This document shows positions 41,001 to 54,364 of a stretch of DNA of 64,000 nucleotides, one piece after another. The DNA comes from Paragordius varius. Taxonomy: Eukaryota; Animalia; Nematomorpha. A program made the translations under genes and the position numbers. Location: positions 14,198,001 to 14,262,000 of the forward strand of contig OZ176052.1 of NCBI GenBank assembly GCA_964247055.1. The letters are read 5' to 3'. Position 1 is the first letter of the stretch; every line of letters starts with the position of its first letter. The notes beneath the pieces are model-generated. The model saw nothing but the letters and a program-made list of their open reading frames with translations, did not search any database and was not told where the DNA came from.

Positions 41001-44000
41001 CGAAAATATTTGGGGTGATGATGGAACTACCATAGGGCTACCCAAAAAAAATTATAGTGACATCACCTGATCAAATTTGGATTTTAGGTAGCCATTTTTA
41101 TTTTTAAAATCGTATAAAATAAATTTTTTAAATATTTAAAAAATTCATAAAAATTACATTTATAGTCCGATCTCGAAAATATTTGGGGTGATGATGGAAC
41201 TACCATAGGGCTACCCAAAAAAAATTATAGTGACATCACCTGATCAAATTTGGATTTTAGGTAGCCATTTTTATTTTTAAAATCGTATAAAATAAATTTT
41301 TTAAATATTTAAAAAATTCAAAAAAATTACATTTATACTCCGATCTCGAAAATATTTGGGGTGATGATGGAACTACCATAGGGCTACCCAAAAAAATTTA
41401 TGGCGACATCACCTGATCAAATTTGGATTTTAGGTAGCCATTTTTATTTTTAAAATCGTATAAAATAAATTTTTAAATATTTAAAAAATTCATAAAAATT
41501 ACATTTATACTCCGATCTCGAAAATATTTGGGGTGATGATGGAACTACCATAGGGCTACCCAAAAAAAATTATAGTGACATCACCTGATCAAATTTGGAT
41601 TTTAGGTAGCCATTTTATTTTTAAAATCGTATAAAATAAATTTTTTAAATATTTAAAAAATTCAAAAAAATTACATTTATACTCCGATCTCGAAAATATT
41701 TGGGGTGATGATGGAACTACCATAGGGCTACCCAAAAAAATTTATGGCGACATCACCTGATCAAATTTGGATTTTAGGTAGCCATTTTTATTTTTAAAAT
41801 CGTATAAAATAAATTTTTAAATATTTAAAAAATTCATAAAAATTACATTTATACTCCGATCTCGAAAATATTTGGGGTGATGATGGAACTACCATAGGGC
41901 TACCCAAAAAAAATTATAGTGACATCACCTGATCAAATTTGGATTTTAGGTAGCCATTTTTATTTTTAAAATCGTATAAAATAAATTTTTTAAATATTTA
42001 AAAAATTCATAAAAATTACATTTATAGTCCGATCCCCAAAATATTTGGGGTGATGATGGAAGAACCATACGGCTACGCAAAAAAAATTATGGCGACATCA
42101 CCTGATTAAATTTGGATTTTAGGTAGCCATTTTTATTTTTAAAATCGTATAAAATAAATTTTTTAAATATTTAAAAAATTCAAAAAAAAATACATTTATA
42201 CTCCGATCTCGAAAATATTTGGGGTGATGATGGAACTACCATAGTACTACCCAAAAAAAATTATGGCGACATCACCTGATCAAATTTTAATTTTAGGTAG
42301 CCATTTTTATTTTTAAAATCGTATAAAATATATTTTTTAAATATTTAAAAAATTCATAAAAATTACATTTATACTCCGATCTCGAAAATATTAGGGGTGA
42401 TGATGGAACTACCATAGGGCTACCCAAGAAAAATTATAGTGACATCACCTGATCAAATTTGGATTTTAGGTAACCATTTTTATTTTTAATATCGTATAAA
42501 ATAAATTTTTTAAATATTTAAAAAATTCATAAAAATTACATTTATACTCCGATCTCGAAAATATTTGGGGTGATGATGGAACTACCATAGGGCTACCAAA
42601 AAAAAATTATGGTGACATCACCTGATCAAATTTGGATTTTAGGTAGCCATTTTTATTTTTAAAATCGTATAAAATAAATTTTTTAAATATTTAAAAAATT
42701 CATAAAAATTACATTTATAGTCCGATCCCCAAAATATTTGGGGTGATGATGGAACTACCATAGGGCTACCAAAAAAAAATTATGGTGACATCACCTGATC
42801 AAATTTGGATTTTAGGTAGCCATTTTTATTTTTAAAATCGTATAAAATAAATTTTTTAAATATTTAAAAAATTCATAAAAATTACATTTATAGTCCGATC
42901 CCCAAAATATTTGGGGTGATGATGGAACTACCATAGGGCTACGCAAAAAAAATTATGGTGACATCACCTGATCAAATTTGGATTTTAGGTAGCCATTTTT
43001 ATTTTTAAAATCGTATAAAATAAATTTTTTAAATATTTAAAAAATTCAAAAAAATTACATTTATACTCCGATCTCGACAATATTTGGGGTGATGATGGAA
43101 CTACCATAGGGCTACCCAAAAAAAATTATGGTGACATCACCTGATCAAATTTGGATTTTAGGTAGCCATTTTATTTTTAAAATCGTATAAAATAAATTTT
43201 TTAAATATTTAAAAAATTCAAAAAAATTACATTTATACTCCGATCTCGAAAATATTAGGGGTGATGATGGAACTACCATAGGGCTACCCAAAAAAATTTA
43301 TGGCGACATCACCTGATCAAATTTGGATTTTAGGTAGCCATTTTTATTTTTAAAATCGTATAAAATAAATTTTTAAATATTTAAAAAATTCATAAAAATT
43401 ACATTTATACTCCGATCTCGAAAATATTTGGGGTGATGATGGAACTACCATAGGGCTACCCAAAAAAAATTATAGTGACATCACCTGATCAAATTTGGAT
43501 TTTAGGTAGCCATTTTTATTTTTAAAATCGTATAAAATAAATTTTTTAAATATTTAAAAAATTCATAAAAATTACATTTATACTCCGATCTCGAAAATAT
43601 TTGGGGTGATGATGGAACAACCATACGGCTACGCAAAAAAAATTATGGCGACATCACCTGATTAAATTTGGATTTTAGGTAGCCATTTTTATTTTTAAAA
43701 TCGTATAAAATAAATTTTTTAAATATTTAAAAAATTCAAAAAAAATTACATTTATAGTCCGATCCCCAAAATATTTGGGGTGATGATGGAACTACCATAG
43801 TACTACCCAAAAAAAATTATGGCGACATCACCTGATCAAATTTTAATTTTAGGTAGCCATTTTTATTTTTAAAATCGTATAAAATAAATTTTTTAAATAT
43901 TTAAAAAATTCAAAAAAATTACATTTATACTCCGATCTCGACAATATTTGGGGTGATGATGGAACTACCATAGGGCTACCCAAAAAAAATTATGGTGACA

Positions 44001-45260
44001 TCACCTGATTAAATTTGGATTTTAGGTAGCCATTTTTATTTTTAAAATCGTATAAAATAAATTTTTTAAATATTTAAAAAATTCATAAAAATTACATTTA
44101 TACTCCGATCTCGAAAATATTTGGGGTGATGATGGAACTACCATAGGGCTAACAAAAAAAAATTATGGTGACATCACCTGATCAAATTTGGATTTTAGGT
44201 AACCATTTTTATTTTTAAAATCGTATAAAATAAATTTTTTAAATATTTAAAAAATTCATAAAAATTACATTTATAGTCCGATCCCCAAAATATTTGGGGT
44301 GATGATGGAACTACCATAGGGCTACCCAAAAAAAATTATGGTGACATCACCTGATCAAATTTGGATTTTAGGTAGCCATGTTTATTTTTAAAATCGTATA
44401 AAATAAATTTTTTAAATATTTAAAAAATTCATAAAAATTACATTTATACTCCGATCTCGAAAATATTTGGGGTGATGATGGAACTACCATAGGGCTACGC
44501 AAAAAAAATTATGGTGACATCACCTGATCAAATTTGGATTTTAGGTAGCCATTTTTATTTTTAAAATCGTATAAAATAAATTTTTTAAATATTTAAAAAA
44601 TTCAAAAAAATTACATTTATACTCCGATCTCGACAATATTTGGGGTGATGATGGAACTACCATAGGGCTACCCAAAAAAAATTATGGTGACATCACCTGA
44701 TCAAATTTGGATTCTAGGTAGCCATTTTTATTTTTAAAATCGTATAAAATAAATTTTTTAAATATTTAAAAAATTCATAAAAATTACATTTATACTCCGA
44801 TCTCGAAAATATTTGGGGTGATGATGGAACTACCATAGGGCTACCCAAAAAAAATTATGGTGACATCACCTGATCAAATTTGGATTTTAGATAGCCATTT
44901 TTATTTTTAAAATCGTATAAAATAAATTTTTTAAATATTTAAAAAATTCATAAAAGTTACATTTATAGTCCGATCCCCAAAATATTTGTGGTATGATGAT
45001 GGAACTACCATAGGGCTACCAAAAAAAAAATTATGGTGACATCACCTGATCAAATTTGGATTTTAGGTAGCCATTTTTATTTTTAAAATCGTATAAAATA
45101 AATTTTTTAAATATTTAAAAAATTCATAAAAATTACATTTATAGTCCGATCCCCAAAATTTTTGGGGTGATGATGGAACTACCATAGGGCTACCCAAAAA
45201 AATTATGGTGACATCACCTGATCAAATTTGGATTTTAGGTAGCCATTTTTATTTTTAAAA
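29031..45260. repeat. Large tandem segmental duplication, copy B (copy A plus one extra monomer plus an internal 20-monomer duplication)
   Basis: It is collinear with 16241-28857. The offset rises from 12,790 to about 12,961 after an extra T5 monomer near 32314, and to 16,404 after the 20-mer duplication. Confidence 0.92.
32832..39728. repeat. 20-monomer tandem duplication (32832-36272 and 36273-39728)
   Basis: AAAAGTACAT lies at 33049/36490 (offset 3441, which includes a private 15-bp deletion). GCAACAATT at 34660/38116 and GGAAGAACC at 35324/38780 are at offset 3456. Confidence 0.92.
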
Positions 45261-47329
45261 TCGTATAAAATAAATTTTTTAAATATTTAAAAAATTCATA
45301 AAAATTACATTTATACTCCGATCTCGAAAATATTTGGGGTGATGATGGAACTACCATAGGGCTACGCAAAAAAAATTATGGTGACATCACCTGATCAAAT
45401 TTGGATTTTAGGTAGCCATTTTTATTTTTAAAATCGTATAAAATAAATTTTTTAAATATTTAAAAAATTCAAAAAAATTACATTTATACTCCGATCTCGA
45501 CAATATTTGGGGTGATGATGGAATTACCATAGGGCTACCCAAAAAAATTATGGTGACATCACCTGATCAAATTTGGATTTTAGGTAGCCATTTTTATTTT
45601 TAAAATCGTATAAAATAAATTTTTTAAATATTTAAAAAATTCATAAAAATTACATTTATACTCCGACCTCGAAAATATTTGGGGTGATGATGGAACTACC
45701 ATAGGGCTACCCAAAAAAAATTATGGTGACATCACCTGATCAAATTTGGATTTTAGGTAGCCATTTTTATTTTTAAAATCGTATAAAATAAATTTTTTAA
45801 ATATTTAAAAAATTCAAAAAAATTACATTTATACTCCGATCTCGAAAATATTTGGGGTGATGATGGAACCACCATAGGGCTACCCAAAAAAAATTATGGT
45901 GACATCACCTGATCAAATTTGGATTTTAGGTAGCCATTTTTATTTTTAAAATCGTATAAAATAAATTTTTTAAATATTTAAAAAATTCAAAAAAATTACA
46001 TTTATACTCCGATCTCGACAATATTTGGGGTGATGATGGAACTACCATAGGGCTACCCAAAAAAAATTATGGTGACATCACCTGATCAAATTTGGATTCT
46101 AGGTAGCCATTTTTATTTTTAAAATCGTATAAAATAAATTTTTTAAATATTTAAAAAATTCATAAAAATTACATTTATACTCCGATCTCGAAAATATTTG
46201 GGGTGATGATGGAACTACCATAGGGCTACCCAAAAAAAATTATAGTGACATCACCTGATCAAATTTGGATTTTAGGTAGCCATTTTTATCTTAAAATCGT
46301 ATAAAATAAATTTTTTAAATATTTAAAAAATTCATAAAAATTACATTTATAGTCCGATCCGCAAAATATTTGGGGTGATGATGGAACTACCATAGGGCTA
46401 CCCAAAAAAAATATAGTGACATCACCTGATCAAATTTGGATTTTAGGTAGCCATTTTTATTTTTAAAATCGTATAAAATAAATTTTTTAAATATTTAAAA
46501 AATTCATAAAAATTACATTTATACTCCGATCTCGACAATATTTGGGGTGAGGATGGAACTACCATAGGGCTACTCAAAAAAATTATAGTGACATCACCTG
46601 ATCAAATTTGGATTTTAGGTAGCCATTTTTATTTTTAAAATCGTATAAAATAAATTTTTTAAATATTTAAAAAATTCATAAAAATTACATTTATAGTCCG
46701 ATCCCCAAAATATTTGGGGTGATGATGGAACAACCATAGGGCTACGCAAAAAAAATTATGGCGACATCACCTGATCAAATTTGGATTTTAGGTAGCCATT
46801 TTTATTTTTAAAATCGTATAAAATAATTTTTTTAAATATTTAAAAAATTCAAAAAAATACATTTATACTCCGATCTCGAAAATATTTGGGGTGATGATGG
46901 AACTACCATAGGGCTACCCAAAAAAAATTATGGCGACATCACCTGATTAAATTTGGATTTTAGGTAGCCATTTTTATTTTTATCATATAAAATAAATTTT
47001 TTAAATATTTAAAAAATTCATAAAAATTACATTTATACTCCGATCTCGAAAATATTTGGGGTGATGATGGAACTACCATAGGGCTACCCAAAATAAATTA
47101 TAGTGACATCACCTGATCAAATTTGGATTTTAGGTAGCCATTTTTATTTTTAAAATCGTATAAAATAAATTTTTTAAATATTTAAAAAATTCATAAAAAT
47201 TACATTTATAGTCCGATCCCCAAAATATTTGGGGTGATGATGGAATTACCATAGGGCTACCCAAAAAAAATTATGGTGACATCACCTGATCAAATTTGGA
47301 TTTTAGGTAGCCATTTTTATTTTTAATAT

Positions 47330-49840
47330 CGTATAAAATAAATTTTTTAAATATTTAAAAAATTCATAAAAATTACATTTATACTCCGATCTCGACAATA
47401 TTTGGGGTGATGATGGAACTACCATAGGGCTACCCAAAAAAAATTATAGTGACATCACCTGATAAAATTTGGATTTTAGGTAGCCATTTTTATTTTTAAA
47501 ATCGTATAAAATAAATTTTTTAAATATTTAAAAAATTCATAAAAATTACATTTATAGTCCGATCCCCAAAATATTTGGGGTGATGATGGAACAACCATAG
47601 GGCTACCCAAAAAAAATTATGGTGACATCACCTGATCAAATTTGGACTTTAGGTAGCTATTTTTATTTTTAAAATCGTATAAAATAAATTTTTTAAATAT
47701 TTAAAAAATTCATAAAAATTACATTTATACTCCGATCTCGACAATATTTGGGGTGATGATGGAACTACCATAGGGCTACCCAAAAAAAATTATAGTGACA
47801 TCACCTGATCAAATTTGGATTTTAGGTAGCCATTTTTATTTTTAAAATCGTATAAAATAAATTTTTTAAATATTTAAAAAATTCATAAAAATTACATTTA
47901 TACTCCGATCCCCAAAATATTTGGGGTGATGATGGAACAACCATAGGGCTACGCAAAAAAAATTATGGCGACATCACCTGAAATTTGGATTTTAGGTAGC
48001 CATTTTTATTTTTAAAATCGTATAAAATAAATTTTTTAAATATTTAAAAAATTCAAAAAAATTACATTTATACTCCGATCCCCAAAATATTTGGGGTGAT
48101 GATGGAACTACCATAGGGCTACCCAAAAAAAATTATGGCGACATCACCTGATCAAATTTGGATTTTAGGTAGCCATTTTTATTTTTAAAATCGTATAAAA
48201 TAAATTTTTTAAATATTTAAAAAATTCATAAAAATTACATTTATAGTCCGATCTCCAAAATATTTGGGGTGATGATGGAATTACCATAGGGCTACCCAAA
48301 AAAAATTATGGTGACATCACCTGATCAAATTTGGATTTTAGGTAGCCATTTTTATTTTTAATATCGTATAAAATAAATTTTTTAAATATTTAAAAAATTC
48401 ATAAAAATTACATTTATAGTCCGATCCCCAAAGTATTTGGGGTGATGATGCAACTACCATAGGGCTACCCAAAAAAAATTATGGCGACATCTCCTGATCA
48501 AATTTGGATTTTAGGTAGCCATTTTTATTTTTAAAATCGTATAAAATAAATTTTTTAAATATTTAAAAAATTCATAAAATTTACATTTATAGTCCGATCT
48601 CGACAATATTTGGGGTGATGATGGAACTACCATAGGGCTACCCAAAAAAAATTATGGCGACATCACCTGATCAAATTTGGATTTTAGGTAGCCATTTTTA
48701 TTTTTAAAATCGTATAAAATAAATTTTTTAAATATTTAAAAAATTCATAAAAATTACATTTATAGTCCGATCTTATAAAATATTTGGGGTGATGATGGAA
48801 TTACCATAGGGCTACCCAAAAAAAATTATAGTGACATCACCTGATAAAATTTGGATTTTAGGTAGCCATTTTTATTTTTAAAATCGTATAAAATAAATTT
48901 TTTAAATATTTAAAAAATTCATAAAAATTACATTTATAGTCCGATCCCCAAAATATTTGGGGTGATGATGGAACAACCATAGGGCTACCCAAAAAAAATT
49001 ATGGTGACATCACCTGATCAAATTTGGACTTTAGGTAGCCATTTTTATTTTTAAAATCGTATAAAATAAATTTTTTAAATATTTAAAAAATTCATAAAAA
49101 TTACATTTATACTCCGATCTCGACAATATTTGGGGTGATGATGGAACTACCATAGGGCTACCCAAAAAAAATTATAGTGACATCACCTGATCAAATTTGG
49201 ATTTTAGGTAGCCATTTTTATTTTTAAAATCGTATAAAATAAATTTTTTAAATATTTAAAAAATTCATAAAAATTACATTTATACTCCGATCCCCAAAAT
49301 ATTTGGGGTGATGATGGAACAACCATAGGGCTACGCAAAAAAAATTATGGCGACATCACCTGATCAAATTTGGATTTTAGGTAGCCATTTTTATTTTTAA
49401 AATCGTATAAAATAAATTTTTTAAATATTTAAAAAATTCAAAAAAATTACATTTATACTCCGATCTCGAAAATATTTGGGGTGATGATGGAACTACCAAA
49501 GGGCTACCCAAAAAAAATTATGGCGACATCACCTGATCAAATTTGGATTTTAGGTAGCCATTTTTATTTTTAAAATCGTATAAAATAAATTTTTTAAATA
49601 TTTAAAAAATTCATAAAAATTACATTTATAGTCCGATCTCCAAAATATTTGAGGTGATGATGGAATTACCATAGGGCTACCCAAAAAAAATTATGGTGAC
49701 ATCACCTGATCAAATTTGGATTTTAGGTAGCCATTTTTATTTTTAATATCGTATAAAATAAATTTTTTAAATATTTAAAAAATTCATAAAAATTACATTT
49801 ATACTCCGATCTCGACAATATTTGGGGTGATGATGGAACT
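47330..49840. repeat. 8-monomer-offset duplication (about 1382 bp)
   Basis: TGATAAAATT lies at 47464/48846, GGACTTT at 47647/49029 and GATCTCCAAAA at 48254/49639. Boundaries are approximate. Confidence 0.8.
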
Positions 49841-52800
49841 ACCATAGGGCTACCCAAAAAAAATTATAGTGACATCACCTGATCAAATTTGGATTTTAGG
49901 TAGCCATTTTTATTTTTAATATCGTATAAAATAAATTTTTTAAATATTTAAAAAATTCATAAAAATTACATTTATAGTCCGATCACGACAATATTTGGGG
50001 TGATGATGGAATTACCATAGGGCTACCCAAAAAAAATTATGGTGACATCACCTTATCAAATTTGGATTTTAGGTAGCCATTTTTATTTTTAAAATCGTAT
50101 AAAATAAATTTTTTAAATATTTAAAAAATTCATAAAAATTACATTTATACTCCGATCTCGAAAATATTTGGGGTGATGATGGTGGCTACCCAAAAAAAAT
50201 TATGGTGACATCACCTGATCAAATTTGGATTTTAGGTAGCCATTTTTATTTTTAAAATCGTATAAAATATATTTTTTAAATATATAAAAAATTCATAAAA
50301 ATTACCATTATACTCCGATCTCGAAAATATTTGGGGTGATGATGGAACTACCATAGGGCTACCCAAAAAAAATTATAGTGTCACCTGATCAAATTTGGAT
50401 TTTAGGTAGCCATTTTTATTTTTAAAATCGTATAAATAAATTTTTTAAATATTTAAAAAATTCATAAAAATTACATTTATAGTCCGATCTCGAAAATATT
50501 TGGGGTGATGATGGAACTACCATAGGGCTACCCAAAAAAAATTATGGTGACATCACCTGATCAAATTTGGATTTTAGGTAGCCATTTTTATTTTTAAAAT
50601 CGTATAAAATAAATTTTTTAAATATTTAAAAAATTCATAAAAATTACATTTATACTCCGATCTCGACAATATTTGGGGTGATGATGGAACTACCATAGGG
50701 CTACCCAAAAAAAATTATGGTGACATCACCTGATCAAATTTGGATTTTAGGTAGCCATTTTTATTTTTAAAATCGTATAAAATAAATTTTTAAATATTTA
50801 AAAAATTCATAAAAATTACATTTATACTCCGATCTCGAAAATATTTGGGGTGATGATGGAACTACCATAGGGCTACGCAAAAAAATTATGGTGACATCAC
50901 CTGATCAAATTTGGATTTTAGGTAGCCATTTTTATTTTTAAAATCGTATAAAATAAATTTTTTAAATATTTAAAAAATTCATAAAAATTACATTTATAGT
51001 CCCATCCCCAAAGTATTTGGGGTGATGATGGAACTACCATAGGGCTACCCAAAAAAAATTATGGCGACATCACCTGATCAAATTTGGATTTTAGGTAGCC
51101 ATTTTTATTTTTAAAATCGTATAAAATAAATTTTTTAAATATTTAAAAAATTCATAAAATTTACATTTATAGTCCGATCACGACAATATTTGGGGTGATG
51201 ATGGAATTACCATAGGGCTACCCAAAAAAAATTATGGTGACATCACCTGATCAAATTTGGATTTTAGGTAGCCATTTTTATTTTTAAAATCGTATAAAAT
51301 AAATTTTTTAAATATTTAAAAAATTCATAAAAATTACATTTATACTCCGATCTCGAAAATATTTGGGGTGATGATGGAACTACCATAGGGCTACCCAAAA
51401 AAAAATATGGTGACATCACCTGATCAAATATGGATTTTAGGTAGCCATTTTTATTTTTAAATCGTATAAAATAAATTTTTTAAATATTTAAAAAATTCAT
51501 AAAAATTACATTTATACTCCGATCTCGAAAATATTTGGGGTGATGATGGAACTACCATAGGGCTACCCAAAAAAAATTATAGTGACATCACCTGATCAAA
51601 TTTGGATTTTAGGTAGCCATTTTTATTTTTAAAATCGTATAAAATAAATTTTAATATTTAAAAAATTCATAAAAATTACATTTATAGTCCGATCCCCAAA
51701 GTATTTGGGGTGATGATGGAACTACCATAGGGCTACCCAAAAAAAATTATGGCGACATCACCTGATCAAATTTGGATTTTAGGTAGCCATTTTTATTTTT
51801 AAAATCGTATAAAATAAATTTTTTAAATATTTAAAAAATTCATAAAATTTACATTTATAGTCCGATCTCGACAATATTTGGGGTGATGATGGAATTACCA
51901 TAGGGCTACCCAAAAAAAATTATGGTGACATCACCTGATCAAATTTGGATTTTAGGTAGCCATTTTTATTTTTAAAATCGTATAAAATAAATTTTTTAAA
52001 TATTTAAAAAATTCAAAAAAATTACATTTATACTCCGATCTCGACAATATTTGGGGTGATGATGGAACTACCATAGGGCTACCCAAAAAAAATTATGGTG
52101 ACATCACCTGATCAAATTTGGATTTTAGGTAGCCATTTTTATTTTTAAAATCGTATAAAATAAATTTTTAAATATTTAAAAAATTCATAAAAATTACATT
52201 TATACTCCGATCTCGAAAATATTTATAGTGATGATGGAACTACCATAGGGCTACCCAAAAAAAATCATGGTGACATCACCTGATCAAATTTGGACTTTAG
52301 GTAGCCATTTTTATTTTTAAAATCGTATAAAATAAATTTTTTAAATATTTAAAAAATTCATAAAAATTACATTTATACTCCGATCTCGAAAATATTTGGG
52401 GTGATGATGGAACTACCATAGGGCTACGCAAAAAAAATTATGGTGACATCACCTGATCAAATTTGGATTTTAGGTAGCCATTTTTATTTTTAAAATCGTA
52501 TAAAATAAATTTTTTAAATATTTAAAAAATTCATAAAAATTACATTTATAGTCCCATCCCCAAAGTATTTGGGGTGATGATGGAACTACCATAGGGCTAC
52601 CCAAAAAAAATTATGGCGACATCACCTGATCAAATTTGGATTTTAGGTAGCCATTTTTATTTTTAAAATCGTATAAAATAAATTTTTTAAATATTTAAAA
52701 AATTCATAAAATTTACATTTATAGTCCGATCTCGACAATATTTGGGGTGATGATGGAATTACCATAGGGCTACCCAAAAAAAATTATGGTGACATCACCT

Positions 52801-54364
52801 GATCAAATATGGATTTTAGGTAGCCATTTTTATTTTTAAATCGTATAAAATAAATTTTTTAAATATTTAAAAAATTCATAAAAATTACATTTATACTCCG
52901 ATCTCGAAAATATTTGGGGTGATGATGGAACTACCATAGGGCTACCCAAAAAAAATTATAGTGACATCACCTGATCAAATTTGGATTTTAGGTAGCCATT
53001 TTTATTTTTAAAATCGTATAAAATAAATTTTAATATTTAAAAAATTCATAAAAATTACATTTATAGTCCGATCCCCAAAGTATTTGGGGTGATGATGGAA
53101 CTACCATAGGGCTACCCAAAAAAAATTATGGCGACATCACCTGATCAAATTTGGATTTTAGGTAGCCATTTTTATTTTTAAAATCGTATAAAATAAATTT
53201 TTTAAATATTTAAAAAATTCATAAAATTTACATTTATAGTCCGATCTCGACAATATTTGGGGTGATGATGGAATTACCATAGGGCTACCCAAAAAAAATT
53301 ATGGTGACATCACCTGATCAAATTTGGATTTTAGGTAGCCATTTTTATTTTTAAAATCGTATAAAATAAATTTTTTAAATATTTAAAAAATTCATAAAAA
53401 TTACATTTATACTCCGATCTCGAAAATATTTGGGGTGATGATGGAACTACCATAGGGCTACCCAAAAAAAATTATGGTGACATCACCTGATCAAATTTGG
53501 ATTTTAGGTAGCCATTTTTATTTTTAAATCGTATAAAATAAATTTTTTAAATATTTAAAAAATTTATAAAAATTACATTTATACTCCGATCTCGAAAATA
53601 TTTGGGGTGATGATGGAACTACCATAGGGCTACCCAAAAAAAATTATAGTGACATCACCTGATCAAATTTGGATTTTAGGTAGCCATTTTTATTTTTAAA
53701 ATCGTATAAAATAAATTTAAAAATTACATTTATAGTCCGATCCCCAAAATATTTGGGGTGATGATGGAACTACCATAGGGCTACCCAAAAAAAATTATGG
53801 TGACATCACCTGATCAAATTTGGATTTTAGGTAGCCATTTTTATTTTTAAAATCGTATAAAATAAATTTTTTAAATATTTAAAAAATTCATAAAATTTAC
53901 ATTTATAGTCCGATCTCGACAATATTTGGGGTGATGATGGAATTACCATAGGGCTACCCAAAAAAAATTATGGTGACATCACCTGATCAAATTTGGATTT
54001 TAGGTAGCCATTTTTATTTATAAAATCGTATAAAATAAATTTTTTAAATATTGAAAAAATTCATAAAAATTACATTTATACTCCGATCTCGAAAATATTT
54101 GGGGTGATGATGGAACTACCATAGGGCTACCCAAAAAAAATTATGGTGACATCACCTGATCAAATTTGATTTTAGGTAGCCATTTTTATTTTTAATATAA
54201 AATAAATTTTTTAAATGTTTAAAAAATTCATAAAAATTACATTTATACTCCGATCTCGAAAATATTTGGGGTGATGATGGAACTATCATAGGGCTACGCA
54301 AAAAAAATTATGGTGACATCACCTGATCAAATTTGATTTTAGGTAGCCATTTTTATTTTTATAA

